A stretch of DNA of 64,000 bases from the NCBI GenBank assembly GCA_964355675.1, contig CAYHEC010000004.1, forward strand, positions 131,924-195,923, in the 5' to 3' direction. Made by a program: the position numbers and the translations under genes. The stretch comes from an uncultured Caldithrix sp. GTDB lineage: Bacteria; Electryoneota; AABM5-125-24; Hatepunaeales; Hatepunaeaceae. The notes below the pieces were generated by a model that saw only the letters and a program-made list of their open reading frames with translations, had not been told where the DNA came from and searched no databases. Positions 48,935-58,221 of this stretch are shown here, piece by piece (position 1 is the stretch's first letter; each line of letters begins with the position of its first letter).

Positions 48935-51332
48935 ATATGCGCGAAATCGTTTCCGCGGTGGTTTTGATTGTCTCTTTAATTCTCATAGTCGTCGCTCCGC
49001 CATGGGAAGGAAGTTTCAGTAATAAACATCTGCGATAAAATCCTTCCAGCCTTTCGATGTCGGGTACTGCGGGCCCCAAAAGTGAAGCTTCGGGCAAACG
49101 TGCTAAAAATTCTTGACGAAATCTATCCCCGGCATCAATAACGTGTGCTTGTTCTTCACTTCTTAAGGTGATTCCAACCAGTCTTCCAAACGGCGGATAC
49201 TGAAGCGGCTGACGAAAAGCAATCTCAGCATGATAAAGGGCAGAATAATCCGCGGCTTGCACCCACCTCAGCGCTGGGTGAGTCGGATTGAGACACTGGA
49301 TAATCACTTCTCCTCCCGAGGCTGATCGTCCAGTTCTTCCGGAAGCTTGTACTAACAGACGAAAACTCCTTTCGAGCGAGCGGAAATCGGTCTGCATTAT
49401 TTCGATGTCGGCGCCGAGAATGCCCACCAATGTCACATTGGGAAAGTCGTGACCTTTGGCGACCATCTGGGTCCCCAAAAGTATATCGAAATTCCCTTCA
49501 GCAACTCCCCGCAACATTTCCGCAGATCCTCCGGCCCGACGAGAAGTATCGAGATCAAGTCTGGCAACTTTGGCAGAGGGAAAGAGCAGTTCAAGTTCGC
49601 GTTCGACGCGCTGAGTCCCGATTCCGTTATATTTTAATCTGGCTCCCTTGCATTCCGGACAACGTTCAAGAACTCGCTGGCGGTACCCACAATAGTGGCA
49701 CTCGAACTTCGTTTCCGTTCTATGATAGCGAAGAGTGATGTCGCAATTCGGGCATTTGACAGTCGCTCCACAGTCGGAACAGAGAATGATGGTTGCAAAG
49801 CCACGACGGTTCACGAGCAATATCGTCTGCTGGTTACGATCTATTCTGTCGGCAATTCGGTCACGCAGTTGAGGGCTGAAGAGCGATCCCGAACCGTTGG
49901 TCCCCCATTTCACAACTCTAACTTCGGGAAGGTGGGAGCCCATATGCCTTTCTGATAACTCTAATAACTTAATTCTGCCCTGTCGAGCATTATAGTACGA
50001 CACCACATCCGGCGTAGCAGATCCAAGAAGCAGAGTAGCTCCGCAATGACTTGCTCTGAAAAAAGCGGCGGCCTTACCGTGATAACGAGGCGGCGGAGAA
50101 TCCTGCTTGTAGCTGTCGTCATGCTCCTCATCGACAATAATCAATCCGAGGTTTTCCACTGGTGCAAACACCGCCGATCTGGGACCCACAACTACTCTGA
50201 TTTTACCGCGGCGAGTCATTTGCCAGATATGTTGTCGCTCTTTATTCTGTAAGCCTGAGTGAATGATTCCGACTAACTCACCGAATCGTCTGCGCAATCT
50301 TCCAGCAAGCTGTGGCGTCAGCGATATTTCCGGAACCAGCACAATTACCCCCCTCCCCATCTCAAGCGCGGTAGAGACTGCCTCCAGATAGATCAAAGAT
50401 TTACCGGAACTGGTCACTCCGTGCAATAAGAACGGCTCGTAAGTCATTAGGCGAATCGCCGTACTGACATCATTCGCAACCGATATTTGCGATTCAGACA
50501 GTGTAGGCGTATCCAACGCGGTTTCAGCAAGCCCATCCTGATGTTTCCCTAAAAAAGTTGTCTCAACTTTTCGAACTTCAAGCCAGCCGCGTTTGATAAA
50601 TGCACGCAAAGAAACGGACGCTCCAGAAACGGTTTGGCGGATTTCACTCGCTTTTAACTCGGCATTGTTGTAAAGTAGATCCCTCAATATTTGCTGTTTG
50701 ACCGCACTCTTAGGAAGCGGGCTATTAGGAGCTTCGCTGATAAAAAGATCGGTGCGACGATAAACGTCTTCATAAGATTGCTTAAGTTGCCGAGTATCGA
50801 CCTCGGTGGTTTCGATCCAGCCCCGACGTTTAAATTTCTCCAATAGGGCAATGCCATCCGCAAAACGCTTTTTTATCTGCTGTTGGGTGAGCGGAGTTGC
50901 CGCGAGAGCACGCCAAAGATCGGCAGTTGATCCCGATTCAGTATCGATCCATGGTTCAGCTCGACCGGAAGTAGATAACTTGAAATGAGGCTTGCTGACT
51001 GATTTAAGCCCGGCTGGAAAAGCCGCGGCGATAGCTTCCCCGATATCACAGAGATAGTAATCTGCCAGCCAGCGCGCCAACGCAAATACGTCACTTGTCA
51101 ATAAGGACGACTCATCTATTAAGGCGTCTATATCTTTCAGACCTTCACGTTCTTCGTCTTCTGATATCTTTGTGACAAAACCTAAGCGAAGCCGATTACC
51201 GAAGGAGACTCTCACCCTGCATCCGGGTTCCAGATCGTTCATTTCTGGCGGAATGCGATAGGAGTATCCGCCCTGTGGAGGCTCGGCGAAGTGAACTTCT
51301 GCAATGCGAGACTGAATAGGCTGTTCAGCCAT
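48882..51332 (-). CDS. priA: primosomal protein N' (replication restart helicase)
   Basis: 816 aa with the Walker A (GVTSSGKSLIY), DEEH box (IIVDEEHDDSYKQ) and Cys-rich zinc-binding region (CSDCGATVKCPNCDITLRYH … CHYCGYRQRVLERCPECKG). Confidence 0.92.
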   Translation of the reverse strand: MAEQPIQSRIAEVHFAEPPQGGYSYRIPPEMNDLEPGCRVRVSFGNRLRLGFVTKISEDEEREGLKDIDALIDESSLLTSDVFALARWLADYYLCDIGEAIAAAFPAGLKSVSKPHFKLSTSGRAEPWIDTESGSTADLWRALAATPLTQQQIKKRFADGIALLEKFKRRGWIETTEVDTRQLKQSYEDVYRRTDLFISEAPNSPLPKSAVKQQILRDLLYNNAELKASEIRQTVSGASVSLRAFIKRGWLEVRKVETTFLGKHQDGLAETALDTPTLSESQISVANDVSTAIRLMTYEPFLLHGVTSSGKSLIYLEAVSTALEMGRGVIVLVPEISLTPQLAGRLRRRFGELVGIIHSGLQNKERQHIWQMTRRGKIRVVVGPRSAVFAPVENLGLIIVDEEHDDSYKQDSPPPRYHGKAAAFFRASHCGATLLLGSATPDVVSYYNARQGRIKLLELSERHMGSHLPEVRVVKWGTNGSGSLFSPQLRDRIADRIDRNQQTILLVNRRGFATIILCSDCGATVKCPNCDITLRYHRTETKFECHYCGYRQRVLERCPECKGARLKYNGIGTQRVERELELLFPSAKVARLDLDTSRRAGGSAEMLRGVAEGNFDILLGTQMVAKGHDFPNVTLVGILGADIEIMQTDFRSLERSFRLLVQASGRTGRSASGGEVIIQCLNPTHPALRWVQAADYSALYHAEIAFRQPLQYPPFGRLVGITLRSEEQAHVIDAGDRFRQEFLARLPEASLLGPAVPDIERLEGFYRRCLLLKLPSHGGATTMRIKETIKTTAETISRIFGGDKLIVAIDVDPVET

Positions 51333-51984
51333 CTAACTTCTGAAAAGTATAAAGAACAGCGACGCCTCCGATAAGTCGTCTTGACCGAATGACGGAGAAG
51401 CCAGCTTGAGCAAGTTCTTCTTCAATCCTGTCCGGTTGCGGGAATTTCAAGACCGTCCTCGATAAATAACGATAGGCATCAAAGTCATAGGCGAGGATAC
51501 CCCCTGCCACCGGTAGAATAAACTTAAGATAGAAATTTATCGGGTTCCATAATGATTTGGTTTGCGGAGGCGAGAAATCGATCAGGGCTCCTCTTCCTTG
51601 TTGGGCGAGGGCTCGATGAAGCTCAAGGAAGGCGCTGGCTCGATCTGATAAATTTCTTAGGACAAACGCCGAGATTATTCTATTTATACTCTCAGATCTG
51701 ACCGGAAGTTTCTCGCCGACGCCTTGAATTTGCAAAAATCTGGCGCTTCCTTCTTTCAACATCGCCAATTCTGGGTCGAGCCCGATTTTCTTAACCTCAC
51801 AGGAAATTAATTCAAGCATTTCACCCGAACCACAACCGAGATCCAGAACGGTCATGCCATGTCTGATTTCAGCCGCTTTTACAGCCGAGCTTCTCCAGAA
51901 TGTGTCTAACCCCAAACTGATGATTTTATTGACAAAATGGTAGCGGCGAGAGATTCGGTTGAATGGTTGTGAGGGTGTTGTCAT
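51325..51984 (-). CDS. ubiE: class I SAM-dependent methyltransferase, UbiE/MenG family
   Basis: 219 aa showing FNRISRRYHFVNKIISLGLDTFWR (UbiE signature) and VLDLGCGSGEM (SAM motif I). Confidence 0.7.
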   Translation of the reverse strand: MTTPSQPFNRISRRYHFVNKIISLGLDTFWRSSAVKAAEIRHGMTVLDLGCGSGEMLELISCEVKKIGLDPELAMLKEGSARFLQIQGVGEKLPVRSESINRIISAFVLRNLSDRASAFLELHRALAQQGRGALIDFSPPQTKSLWNPINFYLKFILPVAGGILAYDFDAYRYLSRTVLKFPQPDRIEEELAQAGFSVIRSRRLIGGVAVLYTFQKLDG

Positions 51985-52142
51985 CGGAAAATTGTTACTT
52001 TGTGAAGGAGGACGGGGTCAAAAATCGATCACTGAGTCACAGATCGTCGTAATCTGTTGCGCGGCATTAAGATACACTGTGATCGAATTGTGATCGATGA
52101 TAAAATCAATCACGTATAATCGGGAAGTGGCTGGAAACAGGA

Positions 52143-52226
52143 GTGGACAGATACGGAGATCCGTCCTCCTGAATCAAGAATGAAGTGGACGGGTACGGAG
52201 ACCTGTCCTCCTGAATCAAGAATAAA
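52143..52226. repeat. 2 × 42-bp tandem repeat, each unit a hairpin ggacRggtacggagaYcYgtcc (REP-like); a third copy lies at 55083-55106
   Basis: Read directly from the sequence. It sits at the 3' end of the ABC ATPase gene. Confidence 0.75.
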
Positions 52227-53223
52227 GGGTTTCCCGAACGAACGAACCAACCTTCCAGCACGCGACAAGATGTCCTTCGACGTGAGTTATCAATGACGGT
52301 TCTTCAGTTCGACATTTCTCATCCGCAATCGGGCAACGAGGGTGAAAACGGCAACCGGTTGGAAAATTGAGCGGGCTGGGAACTGTCCCCTCAATCTGGC
52401 TAAGTCTTTCCTTTCGTTCGCCGATATGCGGAATAGCCGCTTGCAAGCCAACAGTGTAAGGATGGAGTGGATCGTGGTAAATGCTCTGCACGTCTCCCGT
52501 TTCGACGATTTTACCGGCATACATGACAGCAACCCGGTCGGCAACCTCCGCTATCACGCCTAAATCGTGAGTGATCAGGATAATCGCCATTCCGAGGCGT
52601 TCCTGAAGTTGCTGAAGGAGTTGAAGTATCTGCGCTTGAATGGTGACATCAAGCGCTGTGGTTGGTTCATCACAGATCAAGAGATTCGGACTGCAAGCAA
52701 GCGCCATGGCAATCATTACTCTCTGGCGAAGCCCGCCTGATAAAGAGTGAGGATACTCTTCCAACCGGCGTTCAGGATCGTTTATGCCGACCAGTTTGAA
52801 CATCTCAAGCGCCTGACTTCGCGCTTCAGCACGACCGACTTTCTGATGGAGAATGACCGCCTCCATCACCTGATCCCCGCAAGTGAAAACCGGGTTGAGT
52901 GAAGTCATCGGCTCCTGAAAGATCATGGCAATTTCGTTGCCGCGAATTTTCCGCATCTCAGAATCGCTCAATTTGAGAAGATCGACACCGTTGTAGATTA
53001 CCTCGCCACCGGCTATCTCACCGGGAGGCTTCTGGATCAATCGCAAAACGCCGAGGCAGGTGACAGACTTCCCGCACCCCGACTCCCCGACAATTCCAAG
53101 CGTTTTCCCCTTTTCAACTTGCAACGATACGCCATCCACGGCGCGAGCGACTCCGTCGTCGGAGTGGAAAAAGACTTTCAGATCCTTTACTTCAAGGAGA
53201 GGATGTATTGAGATTTCTGGCAT
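52216..53223 (-). CDS. ABC transporter ATP-binding protein (OppD/DppD-type with C-terminal oligopeptide extension)
   Basis: 335 aa with Walker A (GESGCGKS), ABC signature (LSGGLRQR), Walker B ([12 protein letters not shown]) and the OppD-type C-terminal Cys cluster. Confidence 0.88.
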   Translation of the reverse strand: MPEISIHPLLEVKDLKVFFHSDDGVARAVDGVSLQVEKGKTLGIVGESGCGKSVTCLGVLRLIQKPPGEIAGGEVIYNGVDLLKLSDSEMRKIRGNEIAMIFQEPMTSLNPVFTCGDQVMEAVILHQKVGRAEARSQALEMFKLVGINDPERRLEEYPHSLSGGLRQRVMIAMALACSPNLLICDEPTTALDVTIQAQILQLLQQLQERLGMAIILITHDLGVIAEVADRVAVMYAGKIVETGDVQSIYHDPLHPYTVGLQAAIPHIGERKERLSQIEGTVPSPLNFPTGCRFHPRCPIADEKCRTEEPSLITHVEGHLVACWKVGSFVRETLYS

Positions 53224-53226
53224 CGA

Positions 53227-54159
53227 TCAGCCGATGAACTTTCGGCATGTTTCGATCAGGGCAATCTTGTCGATTTCGTAAAGGCGAGCTAATTCGTCAG
53301 GTTCACCGGAAGTCGTGAACTGGCGAGGAACAGCCAATTTGCGCATTTTGGTCGGATGCTCTTCGGCAAGGACGCCGGCGACCGCTTCAAAGAGACCGCC
53401 TTGCGAGATGTGATCTTCGATAGTTACCACCCGGCCGGTTCGGACTGCAGAAGCAACTATAGCTTCCCGGTCGAACGGCTCAAAAGTCGCAACTCCGATA
53501 ACCTCGGCAACGCCTTCACCTAACTCCTCGGCGGCTTGAATTGCCGTCCAGACTTTATCACCTGAAGCGATGATGGTGACTTGCGAACCACTCATTAGTC
53601 GATAGGCTTTTCCAATCTCAAAGGAAACTGGATCTTTGAGAAAAATAGGGACTTTAGGACGATTAAGCCTAATGTAGTAATACCCCGGTAGCTCCATCGC
53701 CACTTCAAGAACCTTTTTTACCTGTCGAGGATCCCAAGGTGAGATGACGGTGAAATCCGGTATGAGCCTCATACGGGCAATGTCAGTCACATCATGAGCC
53801 GACCCGCCGTCTGGCCCCACAGCAACACCGGTATGAGACGCCGCAATGATGAGATGAAGACCTTTTTTTTGCCTTGCCGCGGTGAGCATGTGCGCATGGG
53901 CATGTTGAAGGAATATCGACATATCGCAGGCGACAACCCGCTTTCCGGTCATGGCGAGACCGGTGGCGATCCCGATCATGCCCGGCTCGTTGATACCTGC
54001 CGTATAAAAGCGTTTTGGGAAGGCTTTCTGAAAACCTTCGCTCATAGTGGAATTCTTAGTCCCTGCGTCAAGGACTCTCACGTCTTCATAACGCTTGCCA
54101 GCTTCGACTAAAGCCTCGCCAAATGCTTCCCGAAGCGATTGACTTCCGAAAGTTTCCAT
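53227..54159 (-). CDS. transketolase, C-terminal (pyrimidine-binding + C-terminal domain) subunit
   Basis: 310 aa. It shares a boundary nucleotide with the upstream N-terminal subunit gene, the split tkt arrangement. Confidence 0.85.
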   Translation of the reverse strand: METFGSQSLREAFGEALVEAGKRYEDVRVLDAGTKNSTMSEGFQKAFPKRFYTAGINEPGMIGIATGLAMTGKRVVACDMSIFLQHAHAHMLTAARQKKGLHLIIAASHTGVAVGPDGGSAHDVTDIARMRLIPDFTVISPWDPRQVKKVLEVAMELPGYYYIRLNRPKVPIFLKDPVSFEIGKAYRLMSGSQVTIIASGDKVWTAIQAAEELGEGVAEVIGVATFEPFDREAIVASAVRTGRVVTIEDHISQGGLFEAVAGVLAEEHPTKMRKLAVPRQFTTSGEPDELARLYEIDKIALIETCRKFIG

Positions 54160-55025
54160 TATTTCACTCGCTGGGCTTCAAGTCCCTTGACATACGCCGC
54201 AACCTCAGCCTCATTCGCCGGAGGTTTGCCATGATTTCCAAGTTTTCCTGCCTTTTCAGGATCGCCTCCCATGCCTTTGACGGTCTTAAAAATGATCATC
54301 TTTGGTACGTCAAGAATAGAAACCGCCTTCCGGTAGGCACTATCGATGCTCGCCCAGTCATGTCCGTCTGCTTCGATGACTGACCATCCCCAAGCCTTTG
54401 CGGCAAGTCCGAGTGGTCCAATGTCAACTTTGGCGTCTTGAGCTAAACCATTGTTATTCACAATCAGAGTAAAATTCCCGCAGGGTGCAAGATTATGCGG
54501 CGCCGAGAGAAGGCCGAGACTGGATGGTTCCTGCATCTCCCCATCGCCGACAATGCAAAACACGCGGCTTTGGAGTTCCAGCGCCGCGCCGTAGGCTTGC
54601 CATAGACCAATGCCAAGACTTCCGTTCGAGTTCTCGAATCCATATTTCAGATTTCGGATGGTGTGTCCTTGAAAGTGCGATTTTGGGCGTCTAATGCCTT
54701 CGAATACTTCCTCCTTCGGGTAATAACCAAGATCGGAGTTCACAAGGTACTGGATAGGGCAGGCATGACCTTCGGAGAGAAAAATTCGGTCGCGATCCAC
54801 CCAATCACCGTTTTTCGGATCGAAGCGATAAGAATCGCTATAAACAAGTCCCAGCCATACTTCCACCAACGCCAGCGAGGTGTCCAGATGGCCTGATTTT
54901 GCCCGATAGATAAGCTCGATCAGATCCCATCGGATTTGATAGGCTTTGTCGTTAAGCTCTGAAGTTGAGATTCGGTACATTCGAGAATAGATTCCTTTAA
55001 TGATTAAGAAAAGTCCCGTGAACAC
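54159..55025 (-). CDS. transketolase, N-terminal (thiamine-diphosphate-binding) subunit
   Basis: 288 aa showing the SGHLDTSLALVEV… and GDGEMQEPSS TPP-binding motifs. Confidence 0.85.
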   Translation of the reverse strand: MFTGLFLIIKGIYSRMYRISTSELNDKAYQIRWDLIELIYRAKSGHLDTSLALVEVWLGLVYSDSYRFDPKNGDWVDRDRIFLSEGHACPIQYLVNSDLGYYPKEEVFEGIRRPKSHFQGHTIRNLKYGFENSNGSLGIGLWQAYGAALELQSRVFCIVGDGEMQEPSSLGLLSAPHNLAPCGNFTLIVNNNGLAQDAKVDIGPLGLAAKAWGWSVIEADGHDWASIDSAYRKAVSILDVPKMIIFKTVKGMGGDPEKAGKLGNHGKPPANEAEVAAYVKGLEAQRVK

Positions 55026-55213
55026 GCACGGTAGAACGAAGCTCCGTATCCGTTCAGTCAGAAGTTATCTCTTTAATAAGGGACAGGTACGGAGCCCTGT
55101 CCTACCAGATATTGCCCACTGCCAAACCGCTGGGGCTGGCATAAGTTTCTACGCGTGTATCGTCTGAGGTCGATTTGGAAATCGACCCTACGCGAGTGTG
55201 TAAAACAGCAAAT

Positions 55214-56035
55214 TCATCTCATAAAAGCAAATATCTGATCACGGACACTTAAGTACATCGCAATCACCGGCGCCGCGGCAAAAAAGCTGTCGAACCTGTC
55301 GAGCGCACCGCCATGGCCGGGAAGAAATGTTCCGGCATCCTTGACGCCAGTCTCTCGCTTGAGCGCAGACTCGACCAAATCGCCTAATTGTCCAATCAAT
55401 CCGGTTGCGAAGGCGAGTACTATCGCCAAATCCCAATTGATAAATCCATACCACCACCATACGACTGAAAATAACGTAGCAAAAATAAATCCCCAGACAA
55501 ATCCTTCGACTGTCTTTCCAGGGCTGATAGAAGGGGCAAGCAAATGTTTTCCTGTCCATCTGCCAAAACCGTAAGCGGCCGTGTCACATGTCCAAATCGC
55601 TCCGAAGAGTCCAAAAGTCAGCCACAAACCGCCTGAAGATGATAGTTCGAAGTTCCTGACAAGTAAAAAGCTACCTCCCAATAACGGCGGATAAGCTATA
55701 CCCCCGAATGTCGCCAGCAGATCTGTATGCGTTCGACCCGTGAGCATGATCGCCAAAGCTAAGGTCAGGAAGAGTGATGCAATAGTCCAGCCGAGAGCCT
55801 CCATCCCGCCAATCTGCCAAAGTGCAATGATCACTAAACCTGCCACAAGACCGACTTCGATCAGTGGCTTGCGACCCAACGCCTCTTGCATCAGGTAATA
55901 CTCGTATTGAGCAGTACACGCTATTCCTGCGATCAGACCAGCCGTCCACCACCCGCCAAGCCAGACAAGGCCGACAAGAAGCGGAATCCCCCAGGATGCG
56001 ACAAGCAACCGTTTGCCAATAGCACTCTTGGTCAT
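55214..56035 (-). CDS. cdsA: phosphatidate cytidylyltransferase
   Basis: 273 aa integral membrane protein with the CdsA signature GLIGQLGDLVESALKRETGVKDAGTFLPGHGGALDRFDS. Confidence 0.9.
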   Translation of the reverse strand: MTKSAIGKRLLVASWGIPLLVGLVWLGGWWTAGLIAGIACTAQYEYYLMQEALGRKPLIEVGLVAGLVIIALWQIGGMEALGWTIASLFLTLALAIMLTGRTHTDLLATFGGIAYPPLLGGSFLLVRNFELSSSGGLWLTFGLFGAIWTCDTAAYGFGRWTGKHLLAPSISPGKTVEGFVWGFIFATLFSVVWWWYGFINWDLAIVLAFATGLIGQLGDLVESALKRETGVKDAGTFLPGHGGALDRFDSFFAAAPVIAMYLSVRDQIFAFMR

Positions 56036-56517
56036 TTTGGTACCGAAATGATTGTGATCTGGACTTCGACGATGCCATCGTTGACCATCCCTAACTCCTT
56101 AGCCGCTCCATACGAAACATCAAGAATACGACCTCTGATCGAAGGCCCGCGATCATTTACCTTCAATTGACAGCTATTGTTGTTCTTTAAATTAACGACT
56201 CTAATTTCTGTACCAAAAGGAAGATAAAGGTGGGCGGTTGTCGGTTCATACATGTCAAATATTTCACCAGAAGCCGTCCTTCTCCCGTGATACTCCTTCC
56301 CATACCACGAAGCTATCCCGCGCCATGTTTGCCCCGGATAAAATCCAGCTTTCGGATTGTGAGTGGAGATTTTTGCGTATCGGGGATCGTCAGTCAGTCT
56401 GGGGCCGCTTGAACAGGCAGGCAAAAGAAGTGACAAAATCAGAAGCGTGAAAGCTGTTTTTAGAAGATTTCTGTCTGAACACACAGCGACAACTGGATAT
56501 TTCTTATGGCTTCTCAA
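56032..56517 (-). CDS. rlpA: septal ring lytic transglycosylase RlpA family protein (double-psi β-barrel)
   Basis: 161 aa lipoprotein-type N-terminus (LLPACSSG). The DPBB domain reads GIASWYGKEYHGRRTASGEIFDMYEPTTAHLYLPFGTEIRVVNLKNNNSCQLKVNDRGP. Confidence 0.85.
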   Translation of the reverse strand: MRSHKKYPVVAVCSDRNLLKTAFTLLILSLLLPACSSGPRLTDDPRYAKISTHNPKAGFYPGQTWRGIASWYGKEYHGRRTASGEIFDMYEPTTAHLYLPFGTEIRVVNLKNNNSCQLKVNDRGPSIRGRILDVSYGAAKELGMVNDGIVEVQITIISVPK

Positions 56518-57424
56518 GCGATCCGATAAGTTCTTTCAATGATTTGACGCCATGTCGTTGACAGTAGCTATCCATCTCCCCTAATATTCGACCAGGCGCA
56601 TAAGGGTCGGCAAATAGTACGGATCCGAGTTGCAAACCACTCGCGCCAGCAAGTAAAAACTCAATACAGTCGATCCCGTTGACTATGCCGCCTGAAGCCC
56701 AAATCGGCAGATCAACTGCATGGGAAGCCTGCCAAACCTTGGCGAGTGCAACAGGTTTTAACGGCAGTCCACTGTAACCCCCCGTTATCGTTCCCAGTAG
56801 CGGTTTCCGGCTTTCAGCGTCGATCATCATCCCTACAAGAGTGTTGATCATCGTCAAAGCACTGGCGCCATTTTTTGCGGCAGATTCGGCAAGTGGTGCG
56901 ACTTGAGTATGATGCGGAGTCAGCTTAACAGAAATGAATTTTGGTGTAATCGCGCGACACTCTCTTACCACTTCGCCAATAGCCGAGGCATCTCCTCCAA
57001 TCGATATTCCGCCATGTCTTACGTTAGGGCACGAGAGATTCAACTCGTATCCGTCGATACTATCCAATGTCTCCAATCGTGTTAGAACAGTGACGAACTC
57101 CTCAACGGTTTCACCGAATATACTAAGGAAAATCTTGGTATGACCTACCGGAAGACTATGGGCTTTATCCAAGATAAAAGCTTTGACGCCAGGATTTGCC
57201 AGACCAATAGAATTGATCACGCCACCTCCGGGAGTCTCGCATATTCGTGGCGGAGGATTTCCGGGTCTGGGTCTTATGGAGAGCGATTTGGTGACAATCC
57301 CGCCGAGCGGTTTGTAGTCGATCAGACTCAGGAATTCGTCTCCATAGCCGAAAGTACCGGATCCGGTCAATAGTGGTGTTCGGAACTCCACTCCCGCCAT
57401 CGTCACGTTAAAATCAGTCATCAT
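56504..57424 (-). CDS. pyrD: dihydroorotate dehydrogenase catalytic subunit (class 1B)
   Basis: 306 aa showing FRTPLLTGSGTFGYG, NSIGLANPG and LSCPN; it is paired with pyrK. Confidence 0.92.
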   Translation of the reverse strand: MMTDFNVTMAGVEFRTPLLTGSGTFGYGDEFLSLIDYKPLGGIVTKSLSIRPRPGNPPPRICETPGGGVINSIGLANPGVKAFILDKAHSLPVGHTKIFLSIFGETVEEFVTVLTRLETLDSIDGYELNLSCPNVRHGGISIGGDASAIGEVVRECRAITPKFISVKLTPHHTQVAPLAESAAKNGASALTMINTLVGMMIDAESRKPLLGTITGGYSGLPLKPVALAKVWQASHAVDLPIWASGGIVNGIDCIEFLLAGASGLQLGSVLFADPYAPGRILGEMDSYCQRHGVKSLKELIGSLEKP

Positions 57425-58221
57425 GGAAGCTCTCCCGTATCCAGAACCACAGTCCTACTATCGAAAATTGGACCCTCTTTACAGACAAGAAAATAGCCTT
57501 TGCCATCGCTTCGCGGAACCGCACAGCTTTGGCAGGCTCCGACTCCACATCCCATTGGTACTTCCAACGACACCAACGCTGGAATGTCGTGTTCGGAGCA
57601 GAATTTCTTCATACCTCTTAGCATTGGACCGGGACCGCAAGCAATCACCAATGGAACACCTTCCTTTCCAAGGTCCTCCACAGTTCTTTCAAGTAATTGA
57701 ACAGTATTTCCGTGAAAACCAATGGAACCATCATCCGACGACCACCGGACGTGTCGAGTTTCAGCTTCAGCAAGTGAAACGGGGATGGTCGATTGGGATC
57801 GAACTCCCAGTATAAAAATCCTCTCCCGTTCATGTGGAAGCTGATCGTCGAAAAGTAGTAGCGGCACAACCCCAATTCCTCCGGTAAGGAAAATCAAAGG
57901 GTGATTGCCGTCAGGAACCTGGATTGGGTGACCGAGAGGGCCGATCAGGTCAATAGGATCGCCCGGCTTTTTAGCGGCCAGTAACCGAGTACCTTCGCCT
58001 CTTACGTGGAATATAAGTCGAAGCACATCGCCAACTATCGGTCCGATGCTAAGCGGCCGGCGAAGAAATGGATTAAATCCTTCTGAAACACGTACATGGG
58101 CAAATTGACCGGCTCGTGTCACGGAGGCGATTAGCGGAGCGATAACTTCGATGTCCCATAAAAGTGGGGAAATCTCCCGCGATTCTTGAACCCTGCCTAT
58201 TTCAGCAATCGGGTGGATCAT
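57421..58221 (-). CDS. pyrK: dihydroorotate dehydrogenase electron-transfer subunit (FAD/[2Fe-2S])
   Basis: 266 aa showing RPLSIG, the FAD/NAD binding fold, and the C-terminal Cys cluster CGVGACQSCAV. Confidence 0.9.
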   Translation of the reverse strand: MIHPIAEIGRVQESREISPLLWDIEVIAPLIASVTRAGQFAHVRVSEGFNPFLRRPLSIGPIVGDVLRLIFHVRGEGTRLLAAKKPGDPIDLIGPLGHPIQVPDGNHPLIFLTGGIGVVPLLLFDDQLPHERERIFILGVRSQSTIPVSLAEAETRHVRWSSDDGSIGFHGNTVQLLERTVEDLGKEGVPLVIACGPGPMLRGMKKFCSEHDIPALVSLEVPMGCGVGACQSCAVPRSDGKGYFLVCKEGPIFDSRTVVLDTGELP

